64,000 bases of DNA, taken from the NCBI GenBank assembly GCA_000708835.1, contig DF237204.1, positions 1 to 64,000 on the forward strand, read 5' to 3'. Positions 28,931 through 42,276 of the stretch are shown here, piece by piece. A model generated the notes under the pieces. It made no database searches. It saw nothing but the letters and a program-made list of their open reading frames with translations, and had not been told where the DNA came from. The DNA comes from Klebsormidium nitens (Eukaryota; Plantae; Klebsormidiophyceae). Every line of letters begins with the position of its first letter. Within the stretch, counting starts at the first letter, position 1. The position numbers and the translations under genes are program-made.

Positions 28931-29419
28931 ATCGTACATGTGTATATGCATGCAGGCGCCTTAATTTGATGTTGCACCATGAATGACCGTCACATTGTCT
29001 GACCTCGATGTTTGAAGCTTATGGCAGCATGGTCCCTTTAAAAGATTCATCACGCAGATCTGAACGCGGAGGACTTAGTCGAGCGCACGCATTTAGCCTG
29101 AGCAGCTTTCATGTGTTTCTAGAAGAAGTGTGTCTAGAGAGCCCCATGGTATCGAACGTGCTCAGCCAAGTCAAGGCCGGTTTGCAAAAGAGCCTACCTG
29201 GCTCTCCGAGCATGTTAAGCACATGCGCGGCCAGCACATTTGAGCGCTAGAAAAGAACACTGTGTCCGTCGCCGTTGACCAGATGATAGTGATTGTCAGT
29301 CACTGATGTCGCGCTTCGAAATTGCCCACCCCTTTTGTATGAAGTTTGTTACCTACTTCCGTACCTGATGTTGCTATGCCACCATGTATTTCAAGAAACT
29401 TTCGAATTTGTGCAACACT

Positions 29420-32400
29420 CTAGGCAGCAACCGCGTCAGGCGCATTCCGTGTGATCAAGGGATCCTTGATGACCAACTCCTCGGGTTGCTGTGCCGTGTG
29501 CGGATGCTTGTCGCCAGTGTATACTTTCAAGTGAGTGAACAACGTGCGCCCGAGCTGCAGCCAGGAGAGGAATATGGATGATATGAATGATACACAGGAC
29601 AACATCAGTCAAGACGAACCTTTTGGTTGAAATTTGCAGGTCGGAAAACTGATGGCCGTTGGAATCTTTCAAGAAGCATCTCTTGAACGAGGTCTCTTGA
29701 ATGCTGCTCCACACGTCGTTTACGCTAGGGGCAAAAGGAGAGCGGTTGCAAGCAACCAGAAAGAGCCGCAAATGCTCCAAATTCAGCCTTCGACGTTACC
29801 CGTAGTCCAACGTGAAGAATCCGAACGAACTTACTTTGAATTCCGGCCAGGAAAGCGGGATTACTTACGCTGATTCCGCCAACTTTCCGAATGCCCTATG
29901 TTTTCACTTTCAAAGGGGATTTGTAGGCCGATTCTGGCGGTTTTGAGGCTTCCGAGGACCCACTTTCGATTATTTAACGTTTCCGAATCTTTGAAAAGGA
30001 AAATCCGGATTCCTGACATTCCGAATGCAGATGATGATTTAATGACTCGGAATCATTTCCTTGGACTACCGGTATACCGATAAGCGCTGACAGTACAGGC
30101 TGGACCGTCAGAACCCATGTCGGCCTCTGAAAAGTACAAAACTTTTGCAACACACATTTGAATTAGTACCAAAAGGCCTGGCCGTTTGCAAAATTAGCAG
30201 CCTGTTGATCCTGGTCAGTCCCGCCAAGGATTACAAACCGATGCATCGATTTGGTAACATCTCCTTCCAACAGCGGACATGAAGGATGTCAGGGGTCCGC
30301 CTGTGCACACTGTCAGTGAAGCGTACAATGTTCGGCAATCAAGGCGCTTAGCCACCAGTTCGAAAAGACGAAAATCACCACGACAACATATTGCTTAGTC
30401 GGCCAACCCGTCAAAGAATCTCCAAAGCAGGGAACTGGGTTATGCTTACCCGTCCCTTTGGCAACATCCCCCTCACGGCGTGCTCAACAATCCGCTCCGG
30501 GATCCGGTCCTGCAGCTGGTCGAACGTCTCAACACGCATGCCGCCTGGCCGCCCCGAGTGCCGCCGGTACAGCTTCTGGCTGTTCTTCTTTCCCGACACA
30601 ACCACCTGCGGGCAGGAAAACAAGTAAGCTTTCACGAAACACGCCGTGAAGTCGTCGTCACTTCCGGCTCATTTTATTCGGGCGCTATGTTTGTCGAAGA
30701 AGATACCTCTTTTTCTGAAGACAACGACCTGGGTCACAGACGGCCAAGTCGACTAGCAGGAGGGAAGGCACTCCATGTTCGTCGCAAAGCGATCTGAGGG
30801 CGTCAGCAAGGCAGCGGAGGTGAGAGCGGACTTGTCGGAAAAGGCTTAGACACAACTGAGGCAAGAAGGGTGTCAGAGGAAGAAGAGGGACGGACGATGC
30901 CGACAAAGGAGACACAGACGATTTGGAAAAAGGATGAACCACGGAGTTTGTTTGAAAGAGTACTCTTGGCACTGGTGGATGAACAAACTGCGTCCCACCG
31001 GCCACCGCCGTAAGAGTGGAATGAACTTTGATGACTCTCTGGCCAGGATTGCACACAACTCCCAGGTTGGCACCAAATCTCCTTCTCAAAAGGTCCAACT
31101 GAAGGCCGATGACAACGACCTGGTCCTGCTCTTTAATGAAGATGCATCCTCAATGCAAAACATCCTCCATTTAGATGGAGTCGGCCAGACGGTTGACCTG
31201 ACCAGGCCCAAGCTGGTAGAGATAGCTTCAAAATCTCACAAACAAGCCCAAAAGTGTAAGCAAACATGTCATATATAACGTTAAACGTTGCGTCACACAC
31301 TTCACCTCATGTATCCAGCCAGCGCGTCTACGCCCACCCAATACTTCCCAAAGCTCCACAGCGGTGGCATCTCTTCAAAAAGGATAGACCTAATAAAGGG
31401 AAGGCGAAAGAAGAAGCGACCGCGCACCTTATCCGCGTTGATCACAATGACATACGCGCCCATGTCCATGCTGGGCGTGAAGAAGCGCGAGTCCTTGCCG
31501 CGGATCTTGATGGCAATGGCGCACGCCAGCCTGCCCAGCACCTTGTCGCGTGCATCCACGATGAACCACTTCTTCTTGGTGTTGAGCGTGTCCTCGTGCT
31601 TGGGGTACCACGTCTTGTAGTTCCAGGTGTCCTGCACTCGGGGAAAAAATGGCTTGTGAGCTGACCTAGCGGGCTAAGGCTCCGAGATTGGGATTCCGAA
31701 AGCGAGGAAGACAACTAGTGCTGGTGTTATGGTTCTGCTCCTAAGCAAGGCCAGAGTGAAAGTAAGTCACAGACGAGACAAACATTGGCACACCTCCTGT
31801 TCCCGAACTCATACAGGTTGACAGAGCAGAGAATTTTTCCGCTCCAATTGAGGCGCTGTTTGAGGCGTGACAGAGCTCCAGCGCAATCAAGGTGATTGTG
31901 GCAAGTTTTGGCAGGTCAGACTGCAAAAACTTGGAAGCTTGGACTTATGTTGAAAACTAGGTTTCATCAAGCAGCGGGCTTGGAGCCTCTGCTTAACACT
32001 GGACAAAATCTGCTGTGCTGGTACCAAGTAGGCCCAAACACCAGAAAGGACATGACTAGGAACCTCTCCACCATTGTAGCAAAGGCATCTGAATTCTTGT
32101 TCTTACAAATTTTTCTGAAACACCTGTGAATTTCTGCTCCGCACAGATGTCGCCAAACTTCGTCTCTCAGGAAGATTGTGAATCAGAAAATCATCTGTAC
32201 CGTTGGATGAGGAACGTTCGCTGAACATTGAGCTTGTTGCAAGCCTCAGGCCTCTCAGGGAAGTGATGGACCTCTCCCAACAGACGGCTAACATATGCTC
32301 TGTTTTCTCCATCACTTGCAATCGCTACAGAAACCCCAAGTATCCAGGGGCAGCGGGAGCTCGTCACCAACAACAGGCAGACTGGAAAGGCCGCGATCGC

Positions 32401-33389
32401 CAACGCTTTAACGGCCATTGGAAGAGCAAAATCTGATATAGTTTCTCACTGCTGGCGCTCTTCGCATCCACAGACTAAATGTACGATTGATCACCCCTGG
32501 TCCTAGTGAACCAGTCAATACGACATTGGAGCTAACCCCTGATGCAGAAGCAGAGCACTCATCGGCCATTCGCCAACTATGGATCAAAACTCCTTACGGC
32601 TCAAGCAGTCAACAAGGTGCAGAGCGTCTCATTGCTGGAATCAAAAGGGTCTTGCTGCACGAGGTGTGTGCTGCCTTGCATTCCAACGACATATCAATGA
32701 TTTCACCGTGAAATTTTGTATGTATTCTCGGCATGTCGAAGCCGAGAGGAACAAAGAAGAATGGCGTTGACGTTTCAAGATTCTCTTGCGGGACGATGTA
32801 TGAAATGACCACTCAAACGTACAATCACACCTGTCCAAGAAGCCATTACCAACAAGTACAAAAAAACAGGGCACAGGGCACAGGGCCCACAGGGCACATT
32901 TGCCGCCCTCAGAATGCAGTCGCCAGAACCACCATTGCATTGACTACAGGAGGATAGCCGGGTTACAATCCAACTTCCAGGCCAAACAAGTTGCAAAACA
33001 AGCCGGTGCATTTCCCACTTAAACACAATCATGAGGCCTACAAACTGCAAGTTGGAGAATGTAGGGTCACCATTACCACACGGAACAGCATTGGTGTTGG
33101 GAAAACTCACCGGCCCGAGGTTCTGGACCCCCTCATACAGATGTCTATGAGTAGCGGGGATAAAGCGCCCGTTCGTTGCATCATCATCTGGCGACTTGCC
33201 TGCAGTTATTGTTAACCGCCTCATTGACCTATCAATGTGGCCGACAGATGGCTTCGTAAACCCCCGGCATGATCCCAGAAATGCACTGCTATGCGAGGTG
33301 ACCTTGGTGGACGGCCTGCTGACGACTGACTGCCGCACAGAGGTCGAGGGGGTACAGGCTGCCCGGGCCGCCGCCACAGAGGTGGCCAT
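29420..33389 (-). CDS. rpl13: Nuclear-encoded plastid 50S ribosomal protein L13 (uL13c) with transit peptide; exons 33389-33111, 31631-31428, 30605-30450, 29554-29420
   Basis: S/T/A/R-rich transit peptide, then [13 protein letters not shown]...[15 protein letters not shown]...[24 protein letters not shown]...[12 protein letters not shown]...[18 protein letters not shown]...[16 protein letters not shown]. Confidence 0.97.
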
Positions 33390-33571
33390 GTTTTGAGTTA
33401 CAAAACCCTCTCTGCAGAATGTGAAATCTGCTCACCCCTGCTTGTCATCCACTGCACCCGTTTCCTCAACAAGGAGAGTCTGCTGGACTGGCGCCTAGGA
33501 TACTCCAACCTCTCCCTAGCGCCACACCACTGAAGAAGAAGAAAGACCTGACAACTTCTTCCACTTGAAAG

Positions 33572-33694
33572 CTAGGGTTTCTGCTCCTATCAAAAAAGCT
33601 ACTCGAGCACTCGTGCTAGGTACCTAGTACTTTGTGGTCAGTTACTAGGATCTCGTTAGTTCCAGAGTGGGCGCGGTTGAATCCTAGTTGGGCC
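33572..33694 (-). promoter_or_regulatory. Telo-box and site II element in the rpl13/MIC10 divergent promoter
   Basis: AAACCCTAG on the minus strand at 33572-33580; TGGGCC at 33689-33694. Confidence 0.45.
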
Positions 33695-34287
33695 CGGGGC
33701 GTGTTGCCCCTGCATGGTAGCCCAACACTTCGGCCGGTCAATTGGACGTCCCGCCCCCCGCGCGCGAAGGTCCCCCGGTCGCTAGTCCTGGCACGTTGAA
33801 ACCCAACACGAGGGACGGGTTACAGGATAACCTTGTCTAGGTACTATGGTACGTTAGACGAGATTGGCTAGAATGTGATTTAGAACCAGATCAGAAAGAA
33901 GGGCACCAGTGGAAGACGGTCAAAGACGAAAGCTCATGCCAATGGTCGCTACATTTCGCAAGGACACCTGGATTTTTGCTTAGGGTAGATAGCATTGCGC
34001 AGCGCCAAGCAGTTCTTGAACTTTCTAGCTACTAGCACAGATTCAAACTTCCAAGGCCAGACGGGCGATGCAGGCTTTGAAGTTCGGACAATGGACAGCA
34101 TAAAACAGATTGTCTCCCCACTGTAGTGCGGCTTGCGGTTCTTGGATGCAGTGAAGCCGCTTGCAAATTGCACGGCTCTTAATCAATTCTGTTGTGGGTT
34201 TAATTTGGTGGGGATACCGGCGGCTATTTGAAAAGTGAGTGGGCATACGTGGGACCGGCAAGAATACAGCTGTCATTTGCAAGCACA

Positions 34288-35382
34288 ATGTCGGATGCCA
34301 AGCAGAGGCCTCCCGAGCTGCTGGTGGATGAGAGATGGGACAAAGCAGTAGATCTCACCTTGAGGCGATTTGTCTATAGTGGCGCTGCCGGGAGTTTAGC
34401 TGCGCTCCTTCTTTTCCGTGAGTGCTTTGCACTTCTGCAACTTAAATACTTTTAAGTTTCAGTTCTATTAAGTTTCAATTCGTGCATGTTTTGGCATGGC
34501 AATTAAGTGCAAGGCATGCTGTGTCTCGAGAGTATCCGGTCACTGAGTTCCAAATTGGTGCTGATCTTTCCCTCTGAGTGCGCACGTTTTCAGGTGAGCA
34601 TCAATCCCATCAATTCCAAGTTGCAACTGTTCTAAGAAAACTCCGGGCTGTTTGACGAATTCCGAGGTCTGATAACCTGCAACAGTCTGCGTCGTCCAAA
34701 ACCTCTGCACTTGCTTGATTTATGCATTGAGAATCTTTAGAAGTAGCATTCATGGGGGGCGCTGATGTTCAGTTTGAAGCAGTTTCCCAGCGTGCATGTT
34801 CTATCGATAAAAGGTTCGTTACAGACACCTCTGGAACGTCTTCCGTCATGTATACGCCGCTTGGATTGGACCACTTAAGCAAGAGACATGAGAAGAAAAT
34901 GCGATTCATGTCTCAACTCTTCTGTCAAGATCTTATGCACTTGATTGTTAGCACACGGCTCAGCAGGTAGCTTTGAGGTTGGGTATTGGTGTGACATGCT
35001 TGAATGCACTGCAGCGCACAACCCTGGCTTCTGGCCCTGCAGGAAGCCCCTCAACACGACTTGCAACCGTAGCGTTTAGCGCGGGGGCAGGCCTTGGTTC
35101 GGCATACAGTGATGCAGCCAGGCTCTTTGAAGGGAAGCCATCCATGTCATCAAGCCGACCAGCAGTGGTAAGGGCAAAGTGTGCAACATGTGCGCCATAT
35201 CCCACGATTCTAATGGTGCCATGGTACTCAATGAGTCCATTCGGTAGCCATACTTGAGTGAAGCTGCTGTGTAAAGAGTCCAGCTTGAGATACATCTACA
35301 AGGTGAACTTTGTTTCCCCGCTTCAGTTGCTCCGTTCTTTTTGCAGGAGAGTCAACCGGTGCCGTCAAAAGAGGAAGCATGA
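34288..35382 (+). CDS. MIC10: MICOS complex subunit Mic10 (DUF543); exons 34288-34417, 35043-35167, 35347-35382
   Basis: MSDAKQRPPELLVDERWDKAVDLTLRRFVYSGAAGSLAALLLFR|SPSTRLATVAFSAGAGLGSAYSDAARLF: two TM segments with the GxGxG motif, matching plant Mic10. The third exon is tentative. Confidence 0.92.
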
Positions 35383-36768
35383 GAATGCCCAACTGATTTC
35401 CTCCTCTTTCAGTCGCTTGGAGGAGCACTGAACGTGTATCGTGCCTCTCTTGTGTGTCTCAATGATCTGCTCACAAGCTTTCTGCTGCGCTTGAGGCAGT
35501 GTACTTCCGGTCACAACAAAAGATCAGCTTGACGTTGGTTGACTTGCATGCACTTATGTGCAACACAATGTAAAGTTGGCCACTTACCAGCCCTTTCAGC
35601 CACCTGAATGTGTTGGCGAGCCTTGACCCTCTCAATATCCATCTGCATTACATTATGATCTCGAGAAGGAGTGTTGAGGGTATCTTCCATCTTTCGTGTC
35701 AGATTGCATCTATAAGCTCTGTGAGAATTGCACCAGTGCCCTGAGTTCTGGTAGAAGCAGTTACTACTTCGTGTTAGGTCACCCCGTATGCATGTAGTGG
35801 TGTAGGAGTCATGGCGACAAGAATAAGTCGCTGCATGACACTTATCAGGCTTATGGCCCAGACCTTGTCTTGTGTCAATGTCAGTGGCGCAGCTGGATTC
35901 AATGGTCACAGATGTGCATCTAAACTGACCGTCCGGGCACATGTACAACTACATAGGACGGTTGTGCTCACAAATGAGTACAAAGACAGCTTCGGAGCAA
36001 CTTCAAAATAATCACAAGCAACATGTTCAAATCAGCTTCGCAAGAAATTATGCACACAAGCGGGCCAAACTGCCAGGCCATAAATGACCACATGCACTCT
36101 GAATACTCCGCAGCACATGCCATTGCATGACGGTACATGATGATCCGCGCGTGGCCTTCATGGGTCCACCTTGCTCAAATGCTAATTTCATGCATGATGC
36201 TCGCCGAACGTGGGGGGCCTTGGCTATCCAGTATATGTCCAGGCCGCTCTATACACATGACCTACGCAAACTAAGGAAGCAACTATAACCGTAAATTGTC
36301 AATTATACCATGTAGTATAGCTACGATCATCAGGCAACCTGGCCGGCATGCATGATTGAAGCATGATCATTAGGTTTCACCGTAATGCACAATACGTACA
36401 CTGAGTCTTGTAAACATGTGTATATACGCAGAGTGAAAGTGATTGTGGAAGACTTGTGAATCAGTTAGTAATTGCGCATGCAAGTCAAGCACAACTGTCG
36501 GCAATGCATGGAGTCGCCATTGCTTGGAGAATGCAGCCGGAGTGTACCCCTTCGGAACTTGTTCATTGAAAGGCCAAGAATTCAACATTCATTCATTAAA
36601 TCAGGGCTGTTCAGGTGCCTTGCAAATTGACACCACTGCCAAATTTGCCGCAGGATCATTTCTTGGAAGATAGACCGACAGACTCTTCGTCTGCAAGACA
36701 AGACAGTGGCAACCGTATGCAGTATATTGACAGTGACAGAAGTCAGTATCTATCTAATTGTACATCGC

Positions 36769-39700
36769 CTATACAAGTTCCTCAACGGGGTTAATCGCGT
36801 CCCTTCTTTCAGGGTCAGTCTGACTTGCCACAGTTGTTGGCCGTTGTCCGCTTTCCATAGCGGAAGGATCGGCCCCACCAATCATATCCGATTTGCAAAG
36901 GGGACAACTGGCGTTGATCTTGAGCCACTGATCAACACACGAGCTGCAAAAGCAGAGTGTTCGACTGTGAGCCTGCGGAATGCTACCCTGTCAACAAAAC
37001 AACTAGGGACTGTCCAGAGAGCATAAAGGGGCATCAGTGCACTGCCGAACCAGCATCTCAGTTGAAACAGAAGAAGGACTTACGAACGTTCTTCGACTCC
37101 ATAAAAATTTTACATCCGCTGTCTACTCCCCCGCCATTGAGCTCAAGCAGGCCAAACTCCCATCCGCAGACTTGACATTGCACAGTTGGGTCAGCGCAGG
37201 AAACCCATACATTCTCGATGTATGTAAGGTATACGTTGCCAACCTGTGAAAATGATGAGTGCAAGGCAGCTCCCGAAGCTCGTCCCCATCTTTGTATTGC
37301 CCCAGGCATATGCAACAGAGCTGCAAAAAAGTAGAGCAATCAGCCTACCAAATATTGACTGCAACAAGCTCGGCATTGAGAGCGCATACGGATACCAGCA
37401 GAAGGGAAGGGGCCCCGTTCCCCGTTGCTGCTCGTCTAATAACAAGCATACCATCTCAGTACGGTTTGAAAACAACGAGCAAAAGGCCCCGGCCTGGCAA
37501 ACTCTGAAGAAAGACGAGCTACCACAGAAACCTTAGAAGCAGGCAGCAGATTTTTCATCACTCCATTGCGCGCGCTTGCAGCAGAACCTGTCGCATCAAC
37601 TCCAGCACGTAAGCTTCGAGTCCAAATGCTCGCAAGGTACCAAGCACTCCCAGAGCATATCTTGGTTGCCGAATGTCGCTGTCCAGAAGCCAAATGTTCG
37701 GAGCTGGCAGTCTCACCGCATCCTCAGCCGCGACAGGCCTCTCTGAGGGTGTTCCGGCTGCGAGGATGCCACCCCGGGCGGTGCGGTCGGCCTCCCCTTC
37801 CGAGTCGCTGGTTGATGACTGACGCGTCAGCCGCTTACTTTTCACGCTCCCAAGCGCCTTGAACTTGTAGGTCGGGAAGGACGTTATGACCTCCTGGAGA
37901 ACGAGAAAGCCGGACGGTCAAGAATGATGAACGAGCCTCTGCGGAAAAATGACCGCCAAACCGTGTAACGTTGGCTTAACAAGCAGACACCTTGCTCGCA
38001 GGCAACTTGGAATCTGCAAACTAAAGTGGACCAAGTCCGATGAGGCATCGTCGTATCCAACCGAAAGTCGTGCTTTCAAAACTCAAAAACGGACTGTTAC
38101 TTCCGTTGCAAATTACGATTGCCGGATATGCATAGCCGGTTGCACGCGCGCGAGAGATCTGACAGAGGAGTGGTGGCCAGAAGGAGGGGGCGCCTCTCCA
38201 GCTCGCTGTTGATATGTGTTCGACCAAAGCAGGAGCGAGCAAAGGGCTACGACTCGCTCAAGACCTGGCAGTGGCAAGATCTCACTTGGGAGTGTCTGGA
38301 TATCAAACATAATAAGTGAGCTGGCCAATCTTCCCGCCACCGTTAGTACCTTCACAAAAGGTTGTGCAGTGTTTCATGTGTCACTCATTTCACAAAGGAC
38401 CTCTGTGCGGCGGTGTATGCATCCATGTCCTTCCCACAAGTACAAAACAAACCGTCAGATTTTACAACCCAGACAGGACTGGCCTTGCTTGCACAGCGCC
38501 TTCATCATTGACTCAATACTATGATGTGACAAGGGAAACCCCCTTCGCTTCACTGGAAGATGAGAAACTTCTGACCTTTGAGGCACCGCGGCCTGTCATG
38601 GGCTCATCCACAAAGCCCATCAGTGCTATGCAGGGCAGCAGTAGGCAGATGGTGGCGCACAGGATGAAGGGCATGGCATAGCCCAGGCAACTGAATGTGA
38701 GGAACACTATGCACAACCTGCAGCAAAGAGGAAAGCCCGTCAGCGCCCCCATCTGGCTTCAAGTCCTGTGACCTTTCAAAAGATTGAGAAAGCCAGGTTG
38801 GACATTGATGAACTATGAGTCTGCAGCCGAAAAGTGCCCCGTGCAAGTCGCCAATCGAATAAGAAAAATGAAAGGCCACTTTTCCAGAACATGAGTAAGG
38901 ATAATACTCTGTCCTTACGGTGATGTACGACACAAGCTGTGCGACTTAAGCCCCAATCTTAGCCTGACAATCTCAACTGACAGAGAAGGCTGGGAAGAAG
39001 GGAAAAGGACTGCTGGACGATGACCGGAAGCTTACCGATACTGATTCGGAGCGTCGTGAGCGGACGCGTTGCCGCCAAAGAGCCAGACGTTGCCGGTGAC
39101 AAACCACACAGCAAAGAAGCAATCGAGACAGATCTTCAGTCGCTCAATGAAGAGAGTCCACCTGCAAAGGCAAGGAAGTTAATTGTTCAACGGATGCAAG
39201 GGTTGAGGCAATGGAATGAGGGTTTAAGGTGCTCACCATGCAAGCAAAGCATCCTCTGCTTTTGTGTCCATCAACCAAGAGGGGCTTTTTCACGCAAACG
39301 ACACTCTCCATCGAGATCATGTCGCACGTACTGATCGGCGACCTCCGTATATCCCAAGCTGCTTTGAGGGCCCCAATCCTATTTCAGGATCCAGAGTACG
39401 CGCCACTCCCAGGAACCGCCGTCATCCACTTACGAGGTATCATCGAAGCGTCGTGTCCTTGTTGGCTGAACAGCCCCCAGGTCAACGACCGTCTCGGTCG
39501 CTAAAGAAGAGGCGGGTACTGCAGTGGCCCCCTGTTGAATCACAGGATCAGTGGGGGACTGCCTGTTGCGCGTGCGCGCAGAACCCGCGTCGCTTGACGG
39601 GAATTGCAGAGACGAAGAGACCCCGGAGTTGTTGTTGGCGTCAGGCGCAGGGGCCGGCAGCTGTGCTGCATCCTGTCCTTGCACAACGGAGGTCTCCTGA

Positions 39701-41147
39701 TCTGTGATTTCACAAGGACAAGAGATTTTGAGTCTGATTACTGAGCAACGGGGGAATTTTGGAGGCACACCAAAAGGCTCCTGAGACTGAAACATTCGCC
39801 GTTGATCTAAGCTGCCCCTTGTCGAGAAAGAGACTCCCTTCACCACAAATCAAGATAAACTTGCGGAGATAGACATCCAAGGAGCAATCAAAATTGACCT
39901 TTCAGGGCAACTAAAGAGCTTGACAGATGCACTGTCTGCTTCCACTTGGCCAGGGCACCAAAACTGACATCTTAAGTTGAATCTCCCCACATCTTCTCAA
40001 CCGAATTGTACTCGATAACCATGCCATATTGCTACGTAGGGTTGCTTCATGAAATTAGGGTTAAGGATAGGATGATCAGCCCCACAAAATCAGCAGAATG
40101 CCATTCTCTGATTCAGTACCAATATCATTCCAGACTCTCCAGGGCAGAGAGAATATGTGACCTCTGTGACTGCAATGAAATAGAATCTATGGAGAAGAAG
40201 CTACTTATACAGAACCGTAAATGTAAGTCAACAACATTACTCAACGCACTTACCTTGCATCTGTCGCTGCCGAACTTGAGAACCCCCGGACTGCCGAGTC
40301 CGAGTCCGCCTGTGTGCGTAGCGCCAGTGCAGGATTGGTAGGGTAGCGAAACAGCCTGATGCGTAACCTATGATCCATAGCTGCAAGAAACAGTTCGCAA
40401 ATTGCTCACCCCATGTGCTGCAAGCGAGCCCCCTGTGACAGCACCACAACATGGTGCATGCAAAGAAAGTGGCAGTACACAGAATGGACATACCAGTAAG
40501 CAAGTCACAAGAAGATTGACCAACGTACTGATGACATTTCCATTTACGCTCTACGGTAGAAAGGGGGAAGCAAATCTGCTGAAGCATGGCACAAGCGCCG
40601 AGAGGCAGCCACAGGACACCAACAGGTCACTTACCCCTAGAGGCACCTTTGGCCGCTCGTCCGTGGACACCGACAGAACGACGATGGAGGATATAATCTG
40701 CGCTAGGGTTACAAACAGCTCGAGAGCGAGCCAATATACAGAGTTGAGGGGACTGCTGCGCTGTCGAATCTGCTGGTTGCCTGCCTGCGCCCCCTGAGTC
40801 TCCCCTTCTCCACCCTGCGTTGGAGCGGTGCTGCTCATGGTGAACACAGGGGGTGGCGGGGACTGACTCGCAGGCAACCTGTTCACAGTCCTTACAGGAG
40901 TGCGAGGGAGACTGATCACACTGGTGCTGAATGTTGAGATAGGACTGGTGAGGACAGTGTTGGGGGGGCTGGTGGCTGGGGGAGTGCTCTGGCCGGCAAA
41001 AAGCAGCCCCGCAGACCCCAGAAGTGGCGACCTATCAGTTAGCTGTGTCAAATCGGGAGTCAGGGGTTCCGGCGGGATGCACAGGGAGGGAGCAGCAGGT
41101 CCACGGCCAAGAGAGAAGGTAGAGAGAGTCCTTGAACTCGCTGACAT
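36769..41147 (-). CDS. Multi-pass transmembrane RING-H2 E3 ubiquitin ligase (At1g80400/At4g32600-like family); exons include 41147-40635, 40380-40254, 39701-39434, ~39160-39036, ~38730-38575, ~37895-37720, ~37320-37244, 36943-36769
   Basis: Segments [22 protein letters not shown]...[40 protein letters not shown]...[36 protein letters not shown] and [16 protein letters not shown]; C3H2C3 [46 protein letters not shown]. Confidence 0.93.
40131..40190 (+). mobile_element. Possible tiny non-LTR retrotransposon (LINE ORF2 C-terminal) relic inside a RING-gene intron
   Basis: Translates to [18 protein letters not shown], resembling the RxERxCxxC...E motif at the end of LINE ORF2. Confidence 0.3.
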
Positions 41148-42276
41148 TGCAACCGCTGAATGAGGCAGCACATCGGGTATTGAGAAAGCGTGACTGCTTT
41201 AGTGTAAGGGGTGTAATACATGGAACCTCATCTGCCAAGAAGATTGCGCAAGTTTGTTCACAGCTACACTAGATCTCCAAAAGACATGACGAGACTTTGA
41301 CCTTGTCCCTAACTAATAATACTGAAAGACAGCTCCCCCTGTGGATTACTATGTCTTTACAAACCCCAAGACGTCTTGCAGACCGGGTTAGGAGCAATCC
41401 TCTTACAGATGCTGCTGGCTCTCTCAATCACAGCTCCGAGAAGATTGTCTGCTTCACAATTGCCCTTTAGTTCTTACATGCAGCACAGTGCAATTTCCAC
41501 GCCCCACTTCCTCTCGGTAGTGGCTCCTAGCCTCCTTTAATGAACGGCTTTACAAATGGAGCCTAGGATAGCCCCTCTCAGCACCGTGGCACCTCCACCT
41601 TTGCTGCTCCTTCCAGCAGCAAGGCGCCCCAGCAGGTGCTCAGAACTGTCTTGTCAACTGCCATGGACCCCTCCAACTCCAACTCCGAGTCCTCCCTTTC
41701 CGGCTAACCTGTTCGATTCAGGCGCTATTAACTCTGACCCACGAGGATCAAGCGAGTCGGAGGAGGATACTTGGAAAGAACTGCATTCTGCTTCTGCATC
41801 CCTGCTGCTTGGCACCAGAACGTACTTGAGAATTCAACTGCGTTAGGTTACAACTTGAGCTAAACCCATCCTTGATTGTTCCGGTTTCTGGAGAGCGGTT
41901 TGTGCCATAACTGACCTAGGGGTGAGCTCAATGAAGGGGGAATGGCTCATGTGCAGAAAACATTCTAATAGTAATATGTACAACTTGGCTGCTGAATGTG
42001 AACGGTGGGCAGCTTCTTTGCATCCACCATGCAGTCAAGTTTAATACCTGCTCCTCATAAGTAAGATTATACTCCTCAAAACTTTAAGCATCAAGAAACT
42101 CAAGTTGCATACTCCAGCTAGGAGAACGACAGAGTCCAGTTGGTGGTGAGTGACTTCCTGATGCGTGACGCTGGAATCCTCATCCTCTTTGTGGGGAAGA
42201 GGACAGGGTAAGAAGGCGCTTTGACAGTTGGGTGCATTTGGGGCCACCCAACCAACCGCGTCTTCCATTGAAAGTC

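Noticed and set aside
31632-33110. Short ORFs inside rpl13 intron 1
   Set aside because: No motifs; consistent with chance ORFs.
35511-36700. Cys/His-rich ORFs between MIC10 and the RING gene
   Set aside because: No consistent motif or splice structure; likely convergent 3' UTRs.
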